Source: Candidatus Iainarchaeum sp. | GTDB lineage: Archaea; Iainarchaeota; Iainarchaeia; Iainarchaeales; JAZDDZ01 | Length of the DNA: 64,000 bases | Direction of reading: 5' to 3' | Assembly: GCA_043809245.1 (NCBI GenBank) | Contig: JAZDDZ010000054.1 | Coordinates: 32,001 to 96,000 of the forward strand | Shown: positions 56,546-64,000 of the stretch, piece after piece | Layout: every line of letters starts with the position of its first letter | Numbering within the stretch: the first letter of the stretch is position 1 | Made by a program: the position numbers and the translations under genes | The notes under the pieces: generated by a model | Seen by the model: the letters and a program-made list of their open reading frames with translations, nothing else | Told to the model about the DNA's origin: nothing | Databases searched by the model: none

Positions 56546-57513
56546 GAATTGAAAGCACCGCACACAGCTATGCCGTTGGAATAGTTGATGAAAAATGTAG
56601 CATATTAGCTAACGAAAAACATGCTGTTATAACTGAAGAAGGGGGATTGATTCCAAGGGAGCTTGCAGAACACCACTTAAAATATGCAAAACCAGTGATT
56701 GAAAATGCCCTCAAAAAAGCAAGGGTGCAGCTAAAAGATATTGATTTGATCGCCTTCTCTCAGGGACCAGGAATCGGCAGCGCACTGACGGTTGGAGCGG
56801 TTGCAGCCAGAGCATTGTCTTTGGCGCACGGCATTCCATTGATTGGGGTAAACCACTGCGTGGCACACATTGAAATCGGGAGAAAGCTCACAGGGGCAAA
56901 AAACCCTTTGGTTGTTTATGTCAGCGGCGCCAACTCGCAAATCATTGGATTTGAAAGCGGAAAGTACCGCGTGTATGGTGAAACGCTTGACATTGGCCTG
57001 GGAAACCTGCTGGACAATTTTGGAAGGGCAATGGGCTTGGGTTTTCCCGCGGGGCCAAAGCTTGATGAAATGTATTTCAATGCAAAAAAACTTGTTGAAT
57101 TGCCTTACAGTGTCAAGGGAATGGACTTGGTTTTCAGCGGGCTCTTGACCGCGGCAGAGCAGAAAATCGGCAAAGCGAATGAAACGGATTTGGCTTACTC
57201 GTTAATGCATACAGCGCTTGCAATGGTTTCAGAGGTCAGTGAAAGGGCTCTGGCGCACACTGAAAAAAAAGAACTTCTATTGGTTGGCGGGGTTGCTGCT
57301 TCTAGGGCTTTAAGGGAAATGCTGCAGGAAATGTGCAAAGGCCAAAAGGCAAAGTTTTTTGTTCCGCCATTCGGCGTGTGTATCGATAATGGTTTGATGA
57401 TTGCATGGCAGGGGCTGCTGGAGCACGTGCACGGGAAAAGAATGGCGCTGGAGGAAACTGAAATCAACCAGCGTTTCCGCACAGACCAAGTTCAAGTGAA
57501 CTGGATGAAATGA
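56533..57513 (+). CDS. kae1: tRNA t6A threonylcarbamoyltransferase Kae1/TsaD
   Basis: LGIESTAH, GG..PRE.A.HH, S.GPG, VNHC.AHIE, YVSG.N.Q, GETLD, DNG.MIA, R.D.V.V.W. Confidence 0.97.
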   Translation: MLCLGIESTAHSYAVGIVDEKCSILANEKHAVITEEGGLIPRELAEHHLKYAKPVIENALKKARVQLKDIDLIAFSQGPGIGSALTVGAVAARALSLAHGIPLIGVNHCVAHIEIGRKLTGAKNPLVVYVSGANSQIIGFESGKYRVYGETLDIGLGNLLDNFGRAMGLGFPAGPKLDEMYFNAKKLVELPYSVKGMDLVFSGLLTAAEQKIGKANETDLAYSLMHTALAMVSEVSERALAHTEKKELLLVGGVAASRALREMLQEMCKGQKAKFFVPPFGVCIDNGLMIAWQGLLEHVHGKRMALEETEINQRFRTDQVQVNWMK

Positions 57514-57520
57514 TTTTTTT

Positions 57521-58642
57521 TCAGAAGTTCTGGCTGATTATTTTTTCCGCTTCAGTGAATGGAATGTTGAATGCATCTGAAACTCCTTTATAGGTCACTT
57601 TTCCGCGGAACATGTTCAGGCCTTTCATTAGCGCGGGGTTTTCCTTTAAAGCGTTTTTTATTCCCTTGTTTGCGAGTTCCAGGACATAGGGAAGCGTTGC
57701 GTTCGTGATTGCGATTGTTGAGGTACGCGGGTATGCGCCGGGCATGTTTGCAACGCAGTAATGCACTACTCCGTCAACCTCGTAGACTGGCTTTGAATGC
57801 GAAGTGGCTTTGGATGTTTCAATGCATCCCCCCTGGTCTATGGCAACGTCAACAATCACAGAGCCTTTTTTCATCTGAGAGACAAGCTCCTTGGAGACAA
57901 GCTTTGGCGCTTTTGCCCCGGTTACAAGCACCCCTCCAATCAAGGCATCGCATTCCTTTGCGAGCTTTTCAACTGATTCCTTTGAGGATTTTTCAATTGA
58001 AACATTAGGCAGTTCCTGTTTGAGCTGCTGTATTTTTTCGTCGTTTATTTCAAGCAGGGAAACATTTGCACCCATTGCAGCCGCTATTTTTGCAGCGTTC
58101 TGGCCGACAATTCCGCCGCCTAAAACCAAAAATTTTGCAGGGTCAACGCCTTTCACGCCAGTTGCAAGGATGCCCCTTCCCCCCAAAGGCTTTGCAAGAT
58201 AGTTTGCCGCAACGATTGCGCTCATTTTTCCCGCGACCTCACTCATTGGAGCAAGAAGAGGCAAGGAGCGGTCAGGCAGTTCAACGGTTTCATAGGCAAT
58301 GCATGTTGCGTTTGATTCAATCATTGCGTTTGTCAGTTGCTCTCCTGAAGCGAAGTGAAAGTAAGTGAAAATAGTGCTTTTCTCGTTGAAGAAATTGTAT
58401 TCCTGGTGCAATGGCTCCTTTATTTTCAAAACCAGTTCAGCTGTTTTCGCGATTTCGTGCGGCGAGGAAATTATTTCCGCGCCTGAGTTCTTGTATTCCT
58501 CGTCGGAAAACCCAGAGCCCAAGCCAGCGTTTTTTTCCACCAAAACCTTGTGCCCTGCCGCAACGAGTTTCCCGGTGCCGTTCGGCGTCAACGCAACCCT
58601 GTTTTCATTCTCCTTTATTTCCTTCAAGCAACCAACAATCAT
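57521..58642 (-). CDS. ald: Alanine dehydrogenase (bacterial Ald type)
   Basis: KEIK..E.RVALTP, K.KEP, IAYETV, LPLL.PMSEVAG, DVAIDQGGC.ET, HYCVANMPG..PRTST. Confidence 0.96.
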   Translation of the reverse strand: MIVGCLKEIKENENRVALTPNGTGKLVAAGHKVLVEKNAGLGSGFSDEEYKNSGAEIISSPHEIAKTAELVLKIKEPLHQEYNFFNEKSTIFTYFHFASGEQLTNAMIESNATCIAYETVELPDRSLPLLAPMSEVAGKMSAIVAANYLAKPLGGRGILATGVKGVDPAKFLVLGGGIVGQNAAKIAAAMGANVSLLEINDEKIQQLKQELPNVSIEKSSKESVEKLAKECDALIGGVLVTGAKAPKLVSKELVSQMKKGSVIVDVAIDQGGCIETSKATSHSKPVYEVDGVVHYCVANMPGAYPRTSTIAITNATLPYVLELANKGIKNALKENPALMKGLNMFRGKVTYKGVSDAFNIPFTEAEKIISQNF

Positions 58643-58643
58643 T

Positions 58644-58988
58644 TTATCCCTCCATTTCAATGCTTTTCTTTTTTTTAACCTCATTTAAAAGAACCTTCAT
58701 TGCCGCGGCTCCCGCGGCAACCGCGCTCCAGTCGTTTTTCGCGGCATCAAAGAATTCGCCTGCAGCTGAAAGGCGCGCGTGAACAGAAAAATTCTGCCTT
58801 TTTCCTTCCTTGCCTTTCTCGTGCTCTTTAATGTGCACGTGAAGGCGCAGTTCGTTGGGAAAAATTTTCTTAAGCTTTTCAAATGCAACAGTGCATTCGT
58901 TCATTAACTGCTCTTTTTCAAAGCCGTCATTCACCTTGCTAATGCCGTCAAATTCCAGAAGCTGCTTTTCTTCAAAAGATTTCGCCAG
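58644..58988 (-). CDS. Small protein resembling an HPF/RaiA-like ribosome-binding fold; probable CTG start
   Basis: Pattern L.VHIK......G.R..FSVHARL...G..F.A...DW....A......L..EV. SD AGGTGG lies 6 nt before an in-frame CTG. Confidence 0.5.
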   Translation of the reverse strand: MAKSFEEKQLLEFDGISKVNDGFEKEQLMNECTVAFEKLKKIFPNELRLHVHIKEHEKGKEGKRQNFSVHARLSAAGEFFDAAKNDWSAVAAGAAAMKVLLNEVKKKKSIEMEG

Positions 58989-59030
58989 AAAAAACCACCT
59001 TAAAAGATTAGGTGAGTTTTGGTTAAAAAG

Positions 59031-59678
59031 TTAATGGATTGGGGTATACAATGAATGGCTGCAAATGAAGTTAAACCTGCAGCGGGCGCACTTATTGGCG
59101 TGCGGCGAGGGATTGAATTCCGTTTCACCCCTGAACAACGAGTGAAAGCGGTTGACTGCTGAAAGGGTTTGCTCCCTTAATTCCTCGGAGAATTCCGTGA
59201 AAAGAATGGTTTCAAGTGAGCGGGAATCCCTTACACTCAGGAATACATTGGAGGGTTTGGGGAATATTTCCTGAAAGCACAGGGCATAGGCACCCAATTG
59301 CATTAGGTCTGCATTGGAGGCAGTGCTTTTTGTCTTGTCGTCAATGATTATTGCGCGGTCCTGGAAAATTTTGAGCTCGTCAATGCGGCCGTTTAAAAAA
59401 AACCTGAAGGATTTCACGCTTAACTCCCTAACAGAAATCGGTTCAGCGGAACCCAAAACTATTTTTTCTACATAACTGTGCAGCGGCTCGCGCAGTTCTT
59501 CCGCTCCGCTTTTGAACTCCTGGAACAATTTCGCATGCTGCCTTGCGCCCGCAACCAACGCCAAGGAGAAAGGCGCCTTTATTTTTTTCACCTGCGCCAA
59601 AAAAAGCGAGTGCTCGCAGTAAAGCATCTGCTGCAGCCAGCTTACCGGTAAAAATTCCCTTTCAACCAATCCGAACAT
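59031..59678 (-). CDS. Solo Cas4-like PD-(D/E)xK nuclease with 4-Cys Fe-S motif
   Basis: YCE, G...H, G.ID.......IIDDK, QL.AYA, C..C.....C. Confidence 0.8.
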   Translation of the reverse strand: MFGLVEREFLPVSWLQQMLYCEHSLFLAQVKKIKAPFSLALVAGARQHAKLFQEFKSGAEELREPLHSYVEKIVLGSAEPISVRELSVKSFRFFLNGRIDELKIFQDRAIIIDDKTKSTASNADLMQLGAYALCFQEIFPKPSNVFLSVRDSRSLETILFTEFSEELREQTLSAVNRFHSLFRGETEFNPSPHANKCARCRFNFICSHSLYTPIH

Positions 59679-59787
59679 CAAAGAGATTTACGCGAGCAGG
59701 GTTAAAAAAGAAAAGGGATAGTGGGTTTCCGGTGCGGAAAACAAAAAAGAACACACATATATACAAGAAAGCACTAAATTATTGGCA

Positions 59788-62700
59788 ATGAAAAAAGCAA
59801 TTTTGCTCGGGGTTCTGCTGTTATCGCTGTTTTCCCTTAGCGTTCATGCAAGCGAATGCGATAGCCCTAAACCAAACTGGTTTTTCTGCCACGATTTTGA
59901 AGCTTCTGATTCAGGGAATTTCGCAAAGTACTGGGATGATTTCGGGGACTTGGTTACAGCAAACAGGGAGATAGCCCTTAGAAACGAGAACGTACCCAGC
60001 CTTGAAGGCACAAAGAGCGTAAGGTTTCTGATAAAGAACGAAACAGGAAGCGCAATTTCCGCTGTCGGAGCAGGGTTCAAAAAATTCTTTGGCACGGCAT
60101 ACAGCCAAGTGGGCTATGACACTGTTTACTACCGCTTCTACTTCCGCCTCAACGAGCAATGGAGCCATGGCTGGGGCATGCACTGGCTGAGCTTAAGCGG
60201 CTGCAACGTAAACAGCAATGTATGGGGCTGCATGGGAACAGCAGGCCTTAAGCCTGATGGAACCAACTGGTTTTCAGTTGGCACAGACCTTTGGACAAAC
60301 TGGGAAAGCATTCCCGCACCAGGCGAAATTGTTACATATTCTTATCACATGGACCTAACCCCTGATGGCCATGGCGATTACTTTGGGGAGAACATGACCC
60401 CGCACCCGGGAATTTCACCTGAAAGGGGAAAATGGCATGTCATCGAGATGATGGGAAAATCAAACACCCCGGGATTGTATGATGGCGAACAAAAAATCTG
60501 GTTTGACGGCAAGCTAGTCGGAAATTATTCAGGCATTAGATGGCGCTCAACAAACGACGTTAAAATTACATACGCGGGCTTCTACATCTACATCCACAAC
60601 CCCCCCGCAAATTCACTGAACTACATTGACAACGACAACGTGGTTTTCAGCACCTCCTATATAGGCCCCGCAAAATGCGTTGACAGTGTTTCAATTGAAG
60701 CCCCGTGCTATTGTGGTGGAACGCCTTCTCCAACCAATTCATCCAATATTTATGCAAGCGGAGTCTGCCTTGGCAATGTTTGGTATGAATCCAATGCACA
60801 ATGCACTGTAAACGGCCAGACAAGAAGCTGCTCAACAGGGAAGAACGGAATCTGTGCAACAGGAACACAAACATGCTCAGGGGGAAACTGGGGCACGTGC
60901 ATTCAAAACCTGCAGGCAGGAAACGAAGTGTGCGATGATGCAGGCAATTTGGACGAGGACTGCGATGGCCTGAGTAACTGTGATGACACAGGCTGTTCCA
61001 CTAATCCAGCCTGCCAGTCTGCGGAGGAGACTTATTACATTTTCGGTGGCGCAACCGATAATTACTGGCCTGGCGCCTATCCTGATTCAAGCGACAGCAT
61101 CACAAGAACCACTAACAACCCTGCCGCTGGAACCCATAACCTGCAGTTCCCTTCAACTGGCGCGTGGATGAATGTAAATATTTATGGAGTTTCAATTCCG
61201 ACAGCTGACTTGGACTGGGCAAATTCTTATCTGGAATTCAAAATTTCCACCTCCGCGCCTGTTGGCTATATGGAAGCGCATTTGGGTTCCAGCAGCGGCG
61301 CCTATCCCTACAAAACTTTCACAACAACAGGAACTGGTTATGACACAATACGGATTAACCTAACTGATTTTGCCGCGACAAAAGCCGCATTTGGCAGTTC
61401 AATCGCGGGCTTCTTCATCGGCGGAGGCTGGCCAGCTTCAACTGTTTACATTGACGAAATCAAAATCGTTTCACCCGGAACAAGCCCACAGCCGTGCACG
61501 GAAAACTGGAGCTGCACTACATGGAGCAGCTGTGTGAACAACCAACAGACACGCACCTGCACGGATTTGGCCGGATGCGGCACCACGGCAAACAAGCCGA
61601 TTGAAACGCAAACATGCACAACCTGCACGGAGCAATGGAGCTGCACGCAATGGAGCGCATGCAGCAACGGTTCACAATCACGCACTTGCTCTGATCCAAA
61701 CCCTTCAACAACAAATTGCCCCGCGCTTCCAAAACCAATGGAAACTCAGAGTTGCACTGTCGGGCAGGTTTGTGAAACAACGGCCGAACACTGCAAATAC
61801 GCGAGCAACCGCACGGATTCAGGAACCGGCAGCTTCAGCGACCCCTGGAACATTTCCCAGGCGTTCACAAATGCTTCTGCGGGAGACCTTGTTTATTTCA
61901 GGGGCGGGGAATATGATGTAAGCGCCGGCACACCACAGATAACCACCTCCGGTACTTCGGATGCCTGGATAACCTTCAAGGCATATCCTGAGGAAAATCC
62001 ACACCTCGACGCAAAATATATGGGGAAATGCCCGATTGAATTATATCAGGTCAGAAATATCATTATTGATGGCTTCGAGATTTCAGGGATAGGTGAAGGT
62101 CCCTCAGGCGAAACCTGTGGCGGAGGCATCTATCTAAAAGGTTCTGCAGATTTGAAGGGGGAAAATATTACTATAAGGAACAACGATTTGCACGGGCTGG
62201 AACTATGCACCATAGGGACAATATGCACCAACAGGGGGCTGATAAAAACCTATGAATACAATAACGTGATTATTGAGAACAACACCATTCATGACATAAC
62301 TTCCGGAACTTATGGCGGGAACAATACTGCAGGAATTTACATCATGTCAGGGGGATTATTTGGCCGGCCATATGACGGGATAAATATGATAATCAGGAAT
62401 AACCACATATACAACATGTTCGGCCAGGTGCTTTGCATAAAGCACAAGTACCCAAACCACGGCCCCTACTTAATTGAAGGCAATACACTTCATGACTGTG
62501 CCACAGCTTTTTATACAAGCGGTCTGGATGAGGCGATATTCCGGAATAATTTGATTTATAATGTTACTCTTGGAATAGATGACGCTGGTTACCAAGTCGG
62601 TTCCTGGAACTACACTGCTGAGCCTTTTGAAATTACAAATAATACTTTCTACAGCATATATGTTGCGGCATTGATATTCAGGGACAACGATATCACTCCG

Positions 62701-63291
62701 AGAATAATTGAAAAAAATATTTTTGTTGACTCAAGCGGCAGCGGTGGAGCAGACAATTCGGCGGATATTTCCATAAGGGAGCCAGTATCCTATGTTGGAA
62801 TTGAAAGTAATGCCAATTGTGTCTGGTATCCTGGCTCGCAATATCATGTGAGATACCATAACCCCTATAGCTGTTCAGGAGGATGCCTTAGTTTTGAAGG
62901 GGCGCAACTGAGCCCTTATTTTTATGATTTGGATTCAGTCAAGCTCAGTGATTCCCAGGCCGCGGGCCTTTTCGTGAACCCCCCCGCAGGCGATTTCCAT
63001 CTCAACAACCCTTCGCTGTGCCCTGGAATAGGCGCATATGCAAATGCACTGCAGTGCACGGTAAATGTTGCGACGCCCTGCACGATTTTCCTCGCTGGCG
63101 GGACAATAAGCGCCTGCTCACAGCAGAGCCTGATTTACCAGTATGATGCAACAGCAACAGTAAACAACACTGTAAACGGCCTGCAGGCGAATAAATCGCA
63201 TGACATAAAAATTGAGAACATCACGCAGGGAACGGAGCAGAACATTTCAGCAACCACCAACTCAAACGGAGTGCTGCAATTCAATTCATGA
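59788..63291 (+). CDS. Large secreted modular protein (lyase/ConA-like domain, Cys-rich repeats, right-handed beta-helix, conserved C-terminal module)
   Basis: Signal peptide; FC.DFE, GKWH.IE...K.NT....DG...W.DG; EVCD...DEDCDG; CTE.WSCT.WS.C repeats; GSFSDPW, GD.V..RGG.Y, I.I.NN repeats. Confidence 0.85.
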   Translation: MKKAILLGVLLLSLFSLSVHASECDSPKPNWFFCHDFEASDSGNFAKYWDDFGDLVTANREIALRNENVPSLEGTKSVRFLIKNETGSAISAVGAGFKKFFGTAYSQVGYDTVYYRFYFRLNEQWSHGWGMHWLSLSGCNVNSNVWGCMGTAGLKPDGTNWFSVGTDLWTNWESIPAPGEIVTYSYHMDLTPDGHGDYFGENMTPHPGISPERGKWHVIEMMGKSNTPGLYDGEQKIWFDGKLVGNYSGIRWRSTNDVKITYAGFYIYIHNPPANSLNYIDNDNVVFSTSYIGPAKCVDSVSIEAPCYCGGTPSPTNSSNIYASGVCLGNVWYESNAQCTVNGQTRSCSTGKNGICATGTQTCSGGNWGTCIQNLQAGNEVCDDAGNLDEDCDGLSNCDDTGCSTNPACQSAEETYYIFGGATDNYWPGAYPDSSDSITRTTNNPAAGTHNLQFPSTGAWMNVNIYGVSIPTADLDWANSYLEFKISTSAPVGYMEAHLGSSSGAYPYKTFTTTGTGYDTIRINLTDFAATKAAFGSSIAGFFIGGGWPASTVYIDEIKIVSPGTSPQPCTENWSCTTWSSCVNNQQTRTCTDLAGCGTTANKPIETQTCTTCTEQWSCTQWSACSNGSQSRTCSDPNPSTTNCPALPKPMETQSCTVGQVCETTAEHCKYASNRTDSGTGSFSDPWNISQAFTNASAGDLVYFRGGEYDVSAGTPQITTSGTSDAWITFKAYPEENPHLDAKYMGKCPIELYQVRNIIIDGFEISGIGEGPSGETCGGGIYLKGSADLKGENITIRNNDLHGLELCTIGTICTNRGLIKTYEYNNVIIENNTIHDITSGTYGGNNTAGIYIMSGGLFGRPYDGINMIIRNNHIYNMFGQVLCIKHKYPNHGPYLIEGNTLHDCATAFYTSGLDEAIFRNNLIYNVTLGIDDAGYQVGSWNYTAEPFEITNNTFYSIYVAALIFRDNDITPRIIEKNIFVDSSGSGGADNSADISIREPVSYVGIESNANCVWYPGSQYHVRYHNPYSCSGGCLSFEGAQLSPYFYDLDSVKLSDSQAAGLFVNPPAGDFHLNNPSLCPGIGAYANALQCTVNVATPCTIFLAGGTISACSQQSLIYQYDATATVNNTVNGLQANKSHDIKIENITQGTEQNISATTNSNGVLQFNS

Positions 63292-63298
63292 AGAAAGG

Positions 63299-63727
63299 CT
63301 ATTTTTTCTTCCTGATTCTTTTCTCCAGTTTTTTTATGACTGGCTCTGACTGTATTTTTGAGCGGAATTCCTGCGTGAAGCGCATCACGTAAAAAATCGC
63401 GGCAACCCATACAGCGAAAATAATGTAGCTCCATGGCGCTTCGGGAATGCTCTGGAGGAATGCCTGCGGCGCAATTGAAGGGTCAACAAGGCCGTGCTGC
63501 TGTAAAGCCACAACTATTTTGATTAAAGTGTCTGTGTCGCGAAGTAGATACACAGCGAAAGCGAACATGAATGTGAGAATCAAAAGCAGCTGTATCACTT
63601 CAATGGCAATGAAACGCGGGTCGCTTTTTGCCTTAAGCCATTTCTCGCGCGCCTTGTCCTCTATTGCTTTGCCCGCAAGCTTGCCTACTTCCTTTGCGCG
63701 GCGAAGCCTTTCCCTAACCTTTGGCAT
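63299..63727 (-). CDS. Hypothetical membrane protein (2 TM)
   Basis: Two hydrophobic helices. Start moved to MPKVRE to avoid overlap with the alkD-like gene. Confidence 0.65.
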   Translation of the reverse strand: MPKVRERLRRAKEVGKLAGKAIEDKAREKWLKAKSDPRFIAIEVIQLLLILTFMFAFAVYLLRDTDTLIKIVVALQQHGLVDPSIAPQAFLQSIPEAPWSYIIFAVWVAAIFYVMRFTQEFRSKIQSEPVIKKLEKRIRKKK

Positions 63728-63767
63728 AACAGTAAAAGAAGAGACAAAGTGGTATAAAAAGCTTCTT

Positions 63768-64000
63768 TCAGCGCCCCGTGGTTTTGCCCAGATATGCTTT
63801 CCTTTTCTTTTCAGGAAACTTTTCAATCGCATAACGGAGCATTGTTCGCGGCATTTTCACAGCGTGCTTTTTCAGGAATCGTTCTTCCGCAGCCAAAGCC
63901 CTTTTGCCTATTTCGCGAAGCATCCAGCCAACTGCCTTGTGGATTAAGTCATGCTTGTCTTCAAGCAGCAGCTCTGCGATTGAAAGCGATTCATCAAAGC
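63768..64000 (-). CDS. DNA alkylation repair enzyme AlkD family, C-terminal part (runs off the window), not in the ORF track
   Basis: Manual translation ...[23 protein letters not shown]...[19 protein letters not shown]...YL. Confidence 0.9.
   Translation of the reverse strand, partial: FDESLSIAELLLEDKHDLIHKAVGWMLREIGKRALAAEERFLKKHAVKMPRTMLRYAIEKFPEKKRKAYLGKTTGR

Overview
Archaeal chromosomal segment, probably DPANN (Iainarchaeota/Micrarchaeota-like; this is inference from gene content and style). Its core is the conserved translation/transcription superoperon: L3-L4-L23-L2-S19-L22-S3-L29-SUI1-Rpp29-S17-L14-L24-S4e-L5-S14-S8-L6-L32e-L19e-L18-S5-L30-L15-SecY-DUF106-L34e-L14e-S13-S4-S11-RpoD-tRNA-Leu(TAA, intron)-L18e-L13-S9-RpoN-S2 (8.4-29.1 kb), and L7Ae-S28e-L24e-Ndk-Dut-aIF5B-S6e-aIF2g-PIN-RpoE'-Spt4-S24e-S27ae-Sua5-Kae1 (46.9-57.5 kb). 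Around it lie large Cys-/Tyr-rich surface proteins, toxin-antitoxin clusters, an IS66 remnant, GluRS, a flippase, alanine dehydrogenase, a solo Cas4-like nuclease and a partial AlkD. Main unexplained signals: (1) a 79-80 bp non-coding element in four copies, always co-oriented just after a stop codon inside the translation operons, with a covarying 3' hairpin; (2) inserts flanked by a second, recoded copy of the neighbouring essential gene's terminus (rps14 tail, rps13 tail, gltX tail, kae1 head), with no integrase, intact transposase or reverse transcriptase in the window; (3) a chimeric ORF carrying the C-terminal module of a surface-protein family. A k-turn also sequesters the rpl7ae Shine-Dalgarno. 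No CRISPR array or rRNA is seen.
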